Positions 42,417 to 50,695 are shown, counted from the stretch's first letter. The stretch: DNA of 64,000 nucleotides from an uncultured virus (IMG/VR IMGVR_UViG_3300020182_000026) (IMGVR_UViG_3300020182_000026:1-64000); one strand, 5' to 3'. Made by a program: numbers and translations. Notes: generated from the letters alone by a model not told the origin.

Positions 42417-43010
42417 ATGAAGAAAATTTTGATTACCGGTAACAGAGATTACGGTCTTTGTCAAGCCATATGCAACATGTTTGATGACAATGGTTATGTG
42501 TACGAATGTGCAAGTCGCGCAACAGGGTGGAGTTTAGATAAGAATGAAGATCAGGTACGACTTGCAAATCACTACGTAATGAATAATTTTAATGTATTCA
42601 TTAATAACTCTGCTATGTGGAAATTTCACCAAATCATGATTGCTGAACAAATGTACAATGCTGCAAATTTAGCACAAGTTAAATCACAGTTCATTCATAT
42701 GGGATCAACTGCTGATACAGGTGTACGTGGTAGGACTTGGAGATACCCAACCGAAAAGAAAGCGTTACGTGATTACAACCGCGATTTGACTTATATGACA
42801 ATGGGCGGATCTAATATAAAAACTACACTGTTATCGCCGGGTAGTTTAACAACGCCGAGTGTGATGAAAAAGCACCCGGACCGGGCTTTAATCGATGTTG
42901 AATACATCGCAGAGATAATTTTATGGTTGCTTAATCAACCAGAATATGTTAATATTAATGAAATTAGTTTAGATCCAGTACAGTCTGGAGCTTATGCAAG
43001 AGAGAGGTAA
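42417..43010 (+). CDS. short-chain dehydrogenase/reductase-like protein
   Basis: ILITGNRDYGLC, FINNS, HMGS, YPTEK (YxxxK), LSPG. Confidence 0.8.
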   Translation: MKKILITGNRDYGLCQAICNMFDDNGYVYECASRATGWSLDKNEDQVRLANHYVMNNFNVFINNSAMWKFHQIMIAEQMYNAANLAQVKSQFIHMGSTADTGVRGRTWRYPTEKKALRDYNRDLTYMTMGGSNIKTTLLSPGSLTTPSVMKKHPDRALIDVEYIAEIILWLLNQPEYVNINEISLDPVQSGAYARER

Positions 43011-43015
43011 GTTGG

Positions 43016-44812
43016 TTGCTAAAACTAAAGAATATAACAATCCGAAACTTCATGAGTGTCGGCAACGTCACTCAAGCCATCGATTTAGAAAGAGATTCAC
43101 TATCACTAGTATTAGGTAATAACCTAGACTTGGGTGGTGATGGTTCCCGTAATGGCACTGGTAAGACTACTCTTATCAATGCTCTATCGTATGCTCTATA
43201 CGGTAATGCACTTACAAATATCAAAAAGAATAACCTAATCAATAAGACTAACGGTAAAGGAATGTTAGTCACTTCTGATTTCGAATATAATGGTAATGAG
43301 TATCGCATTGAACGTGGTCGCTCTCCTAACGTTTTTAGATTGATGCGTGATGGCATTGATATTAATGAAACACAAGATGAAGCGCAAGGTGAAATGCGAC
43401 AAACGCAAATTGAAGTTGATTCAATTATTGGCATTTCACATAATATGTTTAAGCACATTGTTGCACTAAACACATATACTGACCCATTCTTGTCAATGAG
43501 GCCTAATGATCAACGTGAGATTATCGAAGAACTCCTTGGTATCACTGAACTTTCTAGAAAAGCAGATAACTTAAAAGATGAAGTTAAAGCTACTAAGGAA
43601 CAAATCAAAGACGAAGAATATCGTTTGAAAGCTATCGAAGATGCTAACTCACGTATTCTAAAATCTATCAAAGATATTGAACGTAGACAACGTATCTGGA
43701 CTGAAAAGCATGATAGTGAGGTTAAAACCTTATCTTCTGCACTTGATTCGCTTTCTCATATAAATATTGATGAAGAGATTAAGAACCAAGCTCTACTATT
43801 AGAGTATAATGAAAAGAAAACTCGTTTAGATGAAGCGGTACGTTGGATTAACAGTATTGAAGCAGACGATACAAAACAAGAAAAAGTTATCTCTAAACTT
43901 GAAAACGAAATCAAGTTACTAAAAGAACACACTTGCTATGCTTGCGGTCAAGAAATGCACGATGATAAACAAGAAAGTATCCTCTCTGCAAAAGAAGAAC
44001 AAAAGCAAGAAGCATCAATGCAGATTACTGCTAATAGTACACAACTAGAAGAACACATGAAAATAGTTTCTTCTATTGGTGAACTTGGTGATAAGCCTGT
44101 AGTGTTCTACGATTCAGTTAACGATGCATATGAGCATCAAAACTCAGTTCGTCTATTAGAAGAACAAATTGAACAAAAGAAAAAAGCAGAAGACCCTTAT
44201 GAGGATCAGATTAAAGAAATGCGTGAAAGTTCACTTGAAGAACTTGATTACTCACACATGAATACCCTTATATCTTTCCGTGAACATCAGGACTTCTTAA
44301 TGAAACTACTAACCAACAAAGATAGTTTCATTCGTAAAAAGATTATTGACCAGAACTTGTCATTCTTGAACAAGAGACTAGAACGTTATCTAGATAAACT
44401 TGGTCTACCACATGAAGTCAAGTTCCAAAGTGACTTGACTGTAGAAATCACAGAACTAGGCAGAGACCTAGACTTTGATAACTTATCACGAGGCGAACGT
44501 AACAGATTGATCTTAGGGCTGTCTTGGGCGTTCCGTGATATATTCGAATCACTCTATTCAACAATCAACTGTATGTTTGTTGACGAATTGATTGATTCAG
44601 GTATGGACACTAATGGTGTCGAAGCATCACTTGCAATTCTAAAGAAAATGGTACGAGACAGTGGACGTTCAGTCTTCTTAGTTTCACACCGTGATGAACT
44701 TCAAGGACGTGTTAGTGATGTATTGAATGTAGTAAAAGAAAATGGGTTCACTACATTCGCACAAGAAACAGAGACACTAGAACCCGGTGTTGAATTAGAT
44801 TTAGTCATTTAG
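43016..44812 (+). CDS. gp46: recombination endonuclease ATPase subunit (gp46/Rad50/SbcC-like)
   Basis: NGTGKT Walker A, CYAC zinc hook, LSRGE signature, FVDE Walker B, VSH. Confidence 0.92.
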   Translation: MLKLKNITIRNFMSVGNVTQAIDLERDSLSLVLGNNLDLGGDGSRNGTGKTTLINALSYALYGNALTNIKKNNLINKTNGKGMLVTSDFEYNGNEYRIERGRSPNVFRLMRDGIDINETQDEAQGEMRQTQIEVDSIIGISHNMFKHIVALNTYTDPFLSMRPNDQREIIEELLGITELSRKADNLKDEVKATKEQIKDEEYRLKAIEDANSRILKSIKDIERRQRIWTEKHDSEVKTLSSALDSLSHINIDEEIKNQALLLEYNEKKTRLDEAVRWINSIEADDTKQEKVISKLENEIKLLKEHTCYACGQEMHDDKQESILSAKEEQKQEASMQITANSTQLEEHMKIVSSIGELGDKPVVFYDSVNDAYEHQNSVRLLEEQIEQKKKAEDPYEDQIKEMRESSLEELDYSHMNTLISFREHQDFLMKLLTNKDSFIRKKIIDQNLSFLNKRLERYLDKLGLPHEVKFQSDLTVEITELGRDLDFDNLSRGERNRLILGLSWAFRDIFESLYSTINCMFVDELIDSGMDTNGVEASLAILKKMVRDSGRSVFLVSHRDELQGRVSDVLNVVKENGFTTFAQETETLEPGVELDLVI

Positions 44813-44822
44813 GAGAAATAAT

Positions 44823-44999
44823 ATGACAGTAAGCGAACAAATTGAAGAACAAATGGCTGTATACTTGAAAGAGTCAGAAGCATTTGAAACTAAGGGCGTA
44901 AAGGCTGCCGCAGCCCGTGCTAGAAAAGCATTGGGTGAACTTGGTAAACTTACAAAGGCGCGCCGAGCAGAAATTCAAGAAAAAAAGAACAATATGTAA
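44823..44999 (+). CDS. 58-aa small basic protein, Hc1/histone-H1-like (not in ORF track)
   Basis: AGGAGA RBS; MTVSEQIEEQMAVYLKESEAFETKGVKAAAARARKALGELGKLTKARRAEIQEKKNNM. Confidence 0.75.
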   Translation: MTVSEQIEEQMAVYLKESEAFETKGVKAAAARARKALGELGKLTKARRAEIQEKKNNM

Positions 45000-45007
45000 T
45001 TTAACAC

Positions 45008-45036
45008 TTGACATGTGGTGTTGAAACTGCTATATT
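45008..45036 (+). promoter_or_regulatory. sigma70-type promoter TTGACA-N17-TATATT
   Basis: near-consensus, preceded by TTAACAC. Confidence 0.75.
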
Positions 45037-45042
45037 AGTATT

Positions 45043-45154
45043 AATAAAGAAGTGAAGTGTCTCCTCTCAACCTCTCTCAACTATCGGATCTTCTTTATTG
45101 TTTCAACACAGAGCATGAAACAACCCGGTGCATCTCTGATGCATCGGGTTTTTT
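45043..45154 (+). ncRNA. candidate small RNA, three hairpins, CU-rich loop
   Basis: bounded by promoter and terminator; stems AATAAAGAAG/CTTCTTTATT and TGTTTCA/TGAAACA. Confidence 0.6.
45122..45154 (+). terminator. intrinsic terminator
   Basis: ACCCGGTGCATC-tct-GATGCATCGGGT followed by T run. Confidence 0.8.
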
Positions 45155-45173
45155 AATAGAAGGGATAAAGATT

Positions 45174-45362
45174 ATGAGTGTAACTGGAAATCTACCAAGA
45201 AAGACCGACGAAGAAACTGATGAAATGAAAAAAGAAATTGAAAAGTTTCTTAAAAAAGGCGGCAAGATTAAAAAGATCGAAGAAGGTGAATTCACCGAAG
45301 CAAAGGATATGAAATACAAATTTCGTAAGCCAGCTTTTCCGAAAAAGAAAAAAGAAGACTAG
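45174..45362 (+). CDS. small Lys-rich hypothetical protein
   Basis: MSVTGNLPRK...IEKFLKKGGKIKKI; start after terminator with AAGGGA RBS-like. Confidence 0.65.
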   Translation: MSVTGNLPRKTDEETDEMKKEIEKFLKKGGKIKKIEEGEFTEAKDMKYKFRKPAFPKKKKED

Positions 45363-45374
45363 CTAAATACTCGT

Positions 45375-45614
45375 ATGGTAAGTACGAGTAAATTTCTAGA
45401 ATGGGCACAAATGGTTACCGGTTGTACGGCGGCTTTGATAGTGTCATTAAACATTGGGGACACATGGGTCTTTTGGGCTATGTGTCTTTTTTTCGTTAAA
45501 GATAGTATGATGGGGATGTTTGCGTATATAAACAAATACCCAGGTATTATTATGAGTAGCGTAATATACGTACCGATTGATGTTATTGGTATTTACAGAT
45601 GGTGGTTATTTTGA
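45375..45614 (+). CDS. small membrane protein
   Basis: 79 aa, about three hydrophobic segments, ends GIYRWWLF. Confidence 0.65.
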   Translation: MVSTSKFLEWAQMVTGCTAALIVSLNIGDTWVFWAMCLFFVKDSMMGMFAYINKYPGIIMSSVIYVPIDVIGIYRWWLF

Positions 45615-45874
45615 ACTGGATTCAAATAGATAAGCAGATTATAAGCATGATGCGTGTAATCGATGACAAAGATAAACTTTATGAAGACGTAAAGCAAGTA
45701 TTCAAGTGGAATGAATCACAAGTTGAAGCCGCTGTAGGTCCATTAATCAAACGATGGAACTGGTATGATATGCACACAGATCAAAAGCCAGCGAAAAAGA
45801 AACGTGTTACCAAAGCTAAAACCACAAAAAAAGCCCCTGCTAAAAAAGCAAGAGCCACTAAGAAGAAATCATAA
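45599..45874 (+). CDS. hypothetical protein with Lys/Ala-rich basic tail
   Basis: C-terminal KPAKKKRVTKAKTTKKAPAKKARATKKKS; start uncertain. Confidence 0.6.
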   Translation: MVVILNWIQIDKQIISMMRVIDDKDKLYEDVKQVFKWNESQVEAAVGPLIKRWNWYDMHTDQKPAKKKRVTKAKTTKKAPAKKARATKKKS

Positions 45875-46306
45875 CTTCTTTCTATAATTTTCCAAATATT
45901 CAGTAAGAACTTTCGAACTGCCTATTCGAACATTGATGATACCGTTATAGTATTCATCAGTTTCTAATACACGGCGTTCAAATTGTTCCCGTGCCTCCAT
46001 ATAACTTAAAGCACCACGACTCGGACAATAGTGAAGTATCTCTCTGGAAAACTTGTCTTCTCCTAGTTCTGCTACATCTGCATTAAGATGGTCAGAAGAA
46101 CCCCAATATGTACGCCAATCGCTTTCTTTAAATCCACGCCGTTTGTTCTTACGCCCCTTTAGAGGTGGCTTTGTGGTTTTAAACTTCGCTAATTTCTTAC
46201 CTACATATTTCCTGTTATTTGTAAGATTTGTAATCAGATACACAAATCCCTCAACATCATCCGGTAATTCATTAACTATTTCGTTATTATATGTCCATTC
46301 ACTCAT
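45869..46306 (-). CDS. GIY-YIG endonuclease (T4 endonuclease II/DenA-like size)
   Basis: GFVYLITN...KYVGKK, YMEAREQF, YYNGIIN; likely start MSEWTY at 46306. Confidence 0.8.
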   Translation of the reverse strand: MSEWTYNNEIVNELPDDVEGFVYLITNLTNNRKYVGKKLAKFKTTKPPLKGRKNKRRGFKESDWRTYWGSSDHLNADVAELGEDKFSREILHYCPSRGALSYMEAREQFERRVLETDEYYNGIINVRIGSSKVLTEYLENYRKKL

Positions 46307-46443
46307 TATGTATTGTTTGTATCCTTTAAGGTCTAAAGACCTAATACTTTCATAAATCTCATTTCGCTTTCGCTCAACCGATTTAATCAGTATTTCTATT
46401 AATAGATTATAATATAATATCATTATGGTTATATTATTAATCT

Positions 46444-46451
46444 TATTTATA
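46444..46451 (-). promoter_or_regulatory. T4 late promoter consensus TATAAATA
   Basis: exact octamer upstream of GIY-YIG gene, in AT-rich context. Confidence 0.5.
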
Positions 46452-46870
46452 TATGCCTGCGGCTGAGCCACAATTGCCCTGTTGCCAGGACAATTGCAAA
46501 AAATTATGGATACATGCCATAGCTTCATCGCCTCTGTTTATGAGCTAGTAGCCAGAAACTACGGGGTCGGTTGGCGATTCCCCCTTCACTCAGTACTGCG
46601 TCTTTCGACCCAACGGCACCTCACAATGTCTAAACAGACAGAACATTATGTAAGTCGATAGTGCTATAGTAGCCTATCATCGGTTATATTATTAAACTGG
46701 TCAACCACGCACCTTTAGAGCCGTGGCTGTTGTAATTAGAATACTTGTATGTGTGGTTAACGAGAAGATTGCAGGAATTCATCCCTACTAGTCCAACGGC
46801 AACAGTATCTTTAAATACTGGCAGATTCAATCCCGAGTTGGCAACCCAACTAACAGTTCCACTATGTCTG
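46450..46870 (-). ncRNA. candidate large structured non-coding RNA (~420 nt), family unassigned
   Basis: no credible ORF, raised GC, many stems with G-U pairs on minus strand, GAAA and GCAA tetraloops, long-range pairing. Confidence 0.65.
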
Positions 46871-46873
46871 ATA

Positions 46874-46973
46874 TATTAGCATTTGTCATTGTGTATTAGC
46901 CTTGTGTGCTATGTGTTAGTTTTATATTAGCTTTGTAATAGTTTTCAATAGAGCCTGAGTTATTTATATTAGC
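46874..46973. repeat. four TATTAGC direct repeats plus one variant
   Basis: copies at 46874, 46894, 46925, 46967; TGTTAGT at 46914. Confidence 0.6.
46961..46968 (-). promoter_or_regulatory. T4 late promoter consensus TATAAATA
   Basis: exact octamer pointing into the structured non-coding region. Confidence 0.55.
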
Positions 46974-46974
46974 A

Positions 46975-47208
46975 TTAGAGTATTGGCACACCGGCCTGTT
47001 TACTCATTTCATAGTTGTCTTTTATAATATCATTAATGTGAGCAATGTGCCCAACTGGCATATCATGGAGTTCAGAAATACTTACCCCACCTCTCATATA
47101 CCAAGTTAACTTTAACATATTTTTGTGTATGCTGTCAAGCTCTTTTTTGTATTTTTCTGTTTTTTCTTGGATCTGCGCTGGCGTTGCTGTAATTAACCAG
47201 CTGTGAAA
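46975..47208 (-). CDS. -1 frame extension / small ORF downstream of hub gene (gp51-like or tail-chaperone GT-like; not in ORF track)
   Basis: 77 open codons FHSWLITATPAQ...LTWYMRGGVSISELHDMP...QAGVPIL; first ATG only at 47118 with no RBS. Confidence 0.65.
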   Translation of the reverse strand, partial: FHSWLITATPAQIQEKTEKYKKELDSIHKNMLKLTWYMRGGVSISELHDMPVGHIAHINDIIKDNYEMSKQAGVPIL

Positions 47209-48044
47209 AAATTTACAGGGTTGACCTCCAGAGCAACCTCGCCTTTATGTTCACATTCTGGACAAACAAACTCAAATGTTGTTGCATCCTTGGGCTTTTT
47301 AGATAGTTCCTTGACTTTAGTATCAATTTCGTCTACAACCGTTGTTGGAATGTTACTGAGGAACTCCATAATCGAATCATAATCGTTTACATTTCCTTCT
47401 GGAGTTTCAATGTAACTTATTGTATTTGCTAACAAATCTACATTATGTTCAGCGATCTTCCTAAAACTGCCATAGAATCGTCTTGCTAGTTCTGCCTCAT
47501 CAGTTTCCTCATCGTCTTCATTCGCTACGCTATTCTGAATGTGTTGAACGATTCGTTTTTGTTCAACATCAATTAGTGCTAGGCGCGTAATCGCTTCTAC
47601 GCTTGGTGGACGAATATGAATTTTAACTTCATCAAATTCAACTGGCGTAACATGTTCAATATCTGGGAACTTGTTCAAGATATAATTTATATCAATATTG
47701 AAGTCACTAACTTCTTCACAATTTGTACATTTGTGTGCATGTGTTAGTTCACGTCCATACGTTGCATATTGAATAGCAAGATACAATGCTTCCATATCAA
47801 TATTGCACATTGTTCTGGGATTTGGAATATCCGGACAACAACTTTTTGCTATATTGATTAGTGCTTCACCATTAAGAAGCTCATCTGGGTTTTTCATAGT
47901 AATTTCATCTACTGCGGTCATTGGCAATACACCAACTTCTTCTAATAGTGTGGTGCCCCATTCTGGATTAAATTTGCCACCTGTCGGCAGTTTTATATAA
48001 ATCCCTGGTTTTCTGAAATACTTTGCTAGTGGGTTTGTGTTCAT
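47193..48044 (-). CDS. baseplate hub assembly protein / tail chaperone (T4 gp26-like)
   Basis: NPLAKYFRKP.IYIKLP, PMTAVDEI, two CxxC pairs, ends NFF; likely start ATG 48044. Confidence 0.7.
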   Translation of the reverse strand: MNTNPLAKYFRKPGIYIKLPTGGKFNPEWGTTLLEEVGVLPMTAVDEITMKNPDELLNGEALINIAKSCCPDIPNPRTMCNIDMEALYLAIQYATYGRELTHAHKCTNCEEVSDFNIDINYILNKFPDIEHVTPVEFDEVKIHIRPPSVEAITRLALIDVEQKRIVQHIQNSVANEDDEETDEAELARRFYGSFRKIAEHNVDLLANTISYIETPEGNVNDYDSIMEFLSNIPTTVVDEIDTKVKELSKKPKDATTFEFVCPECEHKGEVALEVNPVNFFTAG

Positions 48045-48057
48045 TTTTTCGCCTCTT

Positions 48058-48119
48058 GATAAATACAACGATACATTCTATTTATGTTCATAGTTATTTA
48101 CTCTATTATAAACTACGAA
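48058..48119. promoter_or_regulatory. face-to-face late-like promoters plus TATAAACTACGAA motif
   Basis: GATAAATA + 48058-48065, CATAAATA - 48079-48086, motif 48107-48119. Confidence 0.5.
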
Positions 48120-48144
48120 TATAACTGAAAAGAGAGAGATTGAT

Positions 48145-50661
48145 ATGGCAGAAGACGTAATTATTCAGGGTTTTGGTAATGACCGAAGTTTTCCAGACTT
48201 TGCTACCGAAGCAACGCAAAAAGGAATTATGCAAGAAGCAGGCAAGCATAGTAATGCTTTCGCTCAGATGGTACGACTACTGAGTGCGCAAGCTGCTGGA
48301 CAAAAAATCTCTCAAAGTGAATACAAAGAAATACAGCGAGAGTTACGCAATAATAGAAAAGCTACAGACGCACTTAAAAAGCAAAATGATAATAACGATA
48401 AGAAAAATAGAAAGCAAGATGACACCGCATTAGAAGAAGACAAGAAGCAAACAAGCCTTTTCAAGAAACTTCTAATCGCTTCTGTTGAACGTACTCAACT
48501 TTCTGCAAAGCAATTTCGTGAAGAAATGAAGAACGATAGGAGAATGCAAGAGTTGATGAAAGAAGGAATGTCTTCTGATTCTTCTGGCATTATGGCAAAG
48601 TTGGAAGGCTTTGGTGTAGCACTTAAAGGTGTAGGTAAATTTGCTGGGCCACTTGCTAAAGCTGTTACCGGTGTTGCCTCCGCAGTAACTGGAATCAATG
48701 CATATATGAAAGCGCAAGCACAAGATAGATTTAACTTTGCACAAGAGCTACGACAAAGTGGACTTGCTGCAGGATTATCATCTTCACAAGCAAGTTTAAC
48801 TTCATTTGCCGCAACAGTAAGAGAAAATAACTTTACTCTTGGTGAAGCCGCAGAGTTTACACAGCGTTTCGCAAATTCAGTTGGTGTACTTGGTGTAAAA
48901 AGTTCTCTTGAATTTGTAAACTCACTTGCATATGCAGGTGAAGGTGGCGCTGATATGATGCGTAAATTTGGTATGGAGTTTGGTGAAGTAGCGAATGTGG
49001 CAGGTACATATCTTGATAGTGTTCGCAACCTTGGTATGCTTGACAGAATGAACGGTCAACAGTTACGTACTAACATGGACGACTTCATGAGTACTGTAGT
49101 ATCTACATCTAATGTTATGAAAATTAATATGGAAGATGCGGCAAAGATGATTGCTGATACACTTGGAAGAACAGACATTGCTTCATTACTTGCTACTATG
49201 GATCCGCAGAGAGCGGCACAAGTACAAGAAGTCGTTGGTATGGCAGGTGGTATGGATAGTCCAATAGGCGAAGCACTTGCTATGAGACTTGCTGCAGGAT
49301 CACAGGGCGAATTCCAAATGACATCACAGTTCGCAGATTTAATGTCAAGTCCGATTACTGCATCTATTATGCCATTAGTTGAGCAACTTGCAACATCAAC
49401 TGAACAAGGTGGGGTAAGTGGGTTCCAAAGTGCTTTAGCAGGATCACGTGGAGATTTTCAGGCAGCAATAGATAGTACTAGTAGAGAATTGTTACTAAGT
49501 GGTGACCAAGCAGGACAGGCAATGATTGCATCACTTGCTAGGTTACTAGGTACGGTAGAGGATGCAAATGCAGGCTTCACTGCATTATCCGGCGATGATA
49601 AAGCAGTTCTTGGATCAATAGAAGCAAGTAGACAATTTGAGTTAGCACTCCAAGGAGTGAATAATGCATTTATTGAGAATGCGGACTTAGAACAGAATTT
49701 AGGTAGACTCAATACTGCTAATATACAACTTGCAGGAGAAATAGAAGGTGCTGGCACAGCAATCGCACAACATGCAGATATATTGACAAATGCAACTACC
49801 GGATTACAAGCACTTGTGACTGATCTAGCATCTGGTGTTGTAGGCTTAGCTGGTGACGGTTTAGGATCTCTAAGTAAAGACAGTGCAGACTCATTAGCGA
49901 ATGTTAAGCGAATGAGACAAGTTGTTGAACAAACATTTGGCGCAACAAGTTTAGAAGCTATTTCTGCACCTATATTAAAACAATTAGATAATGTAGAAGA
50001 AGCACAATCACGTTTCGAAGCAGACCCGTCTCAAAATAATGAATTTAGATTAAAAATGTCACAACGTGCTTTATTTGATGAAATAGACAAACTTAGTGAA
50101 ACTAATCCAGAACAAGCACAGTCACTACTCAGAGGGTCAGGACTAGAAAACTTTGTAAGAGAAGGCGAAATAATTAATTACGATCCTGCTATTTTAGAAC
50201 AGCAAGGAAGCCAGGATGTGTTTGGCGACCAGATGCGAAATCGTGAAGGCTTTGAACTGCTTGGTGGCGGAACAATGCTCACTAAAGATGATACCGCAGA
50301 TGCATTACTATCAAACATACTGCAAAATGGAAACAATACGTTGGGTACTGATTTTACAAGAAATGCGTTTAATCAATTGTTGAATGGAAATGGTGCAGGG
50401 TTGTTAGATACTATTGGTTTTGAACGTGAAGGTGATTCATTTACTGCCGAAGAAAGACAAATGATTGTATCACTTACTACACAGATGAGTGAGAACAAAC
50501 TAATAAATGACGAAACATTAAATAAACTTATTACTTCAATAGGTGAGGATTCTGGTAGAAGTGCATTTGATTGGGTAGGAGCATCCGAAGAAGACAGAGT
50601 ACAACAGAGAGCATTACAAGCTACTATGAATCAACTACTACAAGCGTTAATTAGTAATTAA
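48145..50661 (+). CDS. putative tail tape-measure-like protein
   Basis: 838 aa, Ala/Gly/Gln-rich, helical-looking; adjacent to hub/chaperone gene. Confidence 0.55.
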   Translation: MAEDVIIQGFGNDRSFPDFATEATQKGIMQEAGKHSNAFAQMVRLLSAQAAGQKISQSEYKEIQRELRNNRKATDALKKQNDNNDKKNRKQDDTALEEDKKQTSLFKKLLIASVERTQLSAKQFREEMKNDRRMQELMKEGMSSDSSGIMAKLEGFGVALKGVGKFAGPLAKAVTGVASAVTGINAYMKAQAQDRFNFAQELRQSGLAAGLSSSQASLTSFAATVRENNFTLGEAAEFTQRFANSVGVLGVKSSLEFVNSLAYAGEGGADMMRKFGMEFGEVANVAGTYLDSVRNLGMLDRMNGQQLRTNMDDFMSTVVSTSNVMKINMEDAAKMIADTLGRTDIASLLATMDPQRAAQVQEVVGMAGGMDSPIGEALAMRLAAGSQGEFQMTSQFADLMSSPITASIMPLVEQLATSTEQGGVSGFQSALAGSRGDFQAAIDSTSRELLLSGDQAGQAMIASLARLLGTVEDANAGFTALSGDDKAVLGSIEASRQFELALQGVNNAFIENADLEQNLGRLNTANIQLAGEIEGAGTAIAQHADILTNATTGLQALVTDLASGVVGLAGDGLGSLSKDSADSLANVKRMRQVVEQTFGATSLEAISAPILKQLDNVEEAQSRFEADPSQNNEFRLKMSQRALFDEIDKLSETNPEQAQSLLRGSGLENFVREGEIINYDPAILEQQGSQDVFGDQMRNREGFELLGGGTMLTKDDTADALLSNILQNGNNTLGTDFTRNAFNQLLNGNGAGLLDTIGFEREGDSFTAEERQMIVSLTTQMSENKLINDETLNKLITSIGEDSGRSAFDWVGASEEDRVQQRALQATMNQLLQALISN

Positions 50662-50666
50662 AAGAG

Positions 50667-50695
50667 TTGACATGTACTCAAAAACATGTTAATAT
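50667..50695 (+). promoter_or_regulatory. sigma70-like promoter TTGACA-N17-TAATAT upstream of portal
   Basis: perfect -35, weaker -10. Confidence 0.55.

Noticed and set aside
45057..45173. N-terminal extension of the 101-aa ORF from GTG 45057
   Set aside because: Crosses a strong terminator and lacks an RBS; ATG 45174 fits better
46307..46528. N-terminal extension of the GIY-YIG ORF
   Set aside because: Low-complexity Ile/Asn translation of an AT-rich tract and a hairpin; the recognisable domain starts at MSEWTY
46450..46870. Group I intron with homing endonuclease, tmRNA or RNase P
   Set aside because: No interrupted gene on either side, and I could not find the P7/R-S, tRNA-like end or GAGGAAAGUCC signatures by eye; needs Infernal to exclude fully
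46874..46973. CRISPR-like mini-array
   Set aside because: Repeats are only 7 nt with irregular spacing; no cas genes in the window
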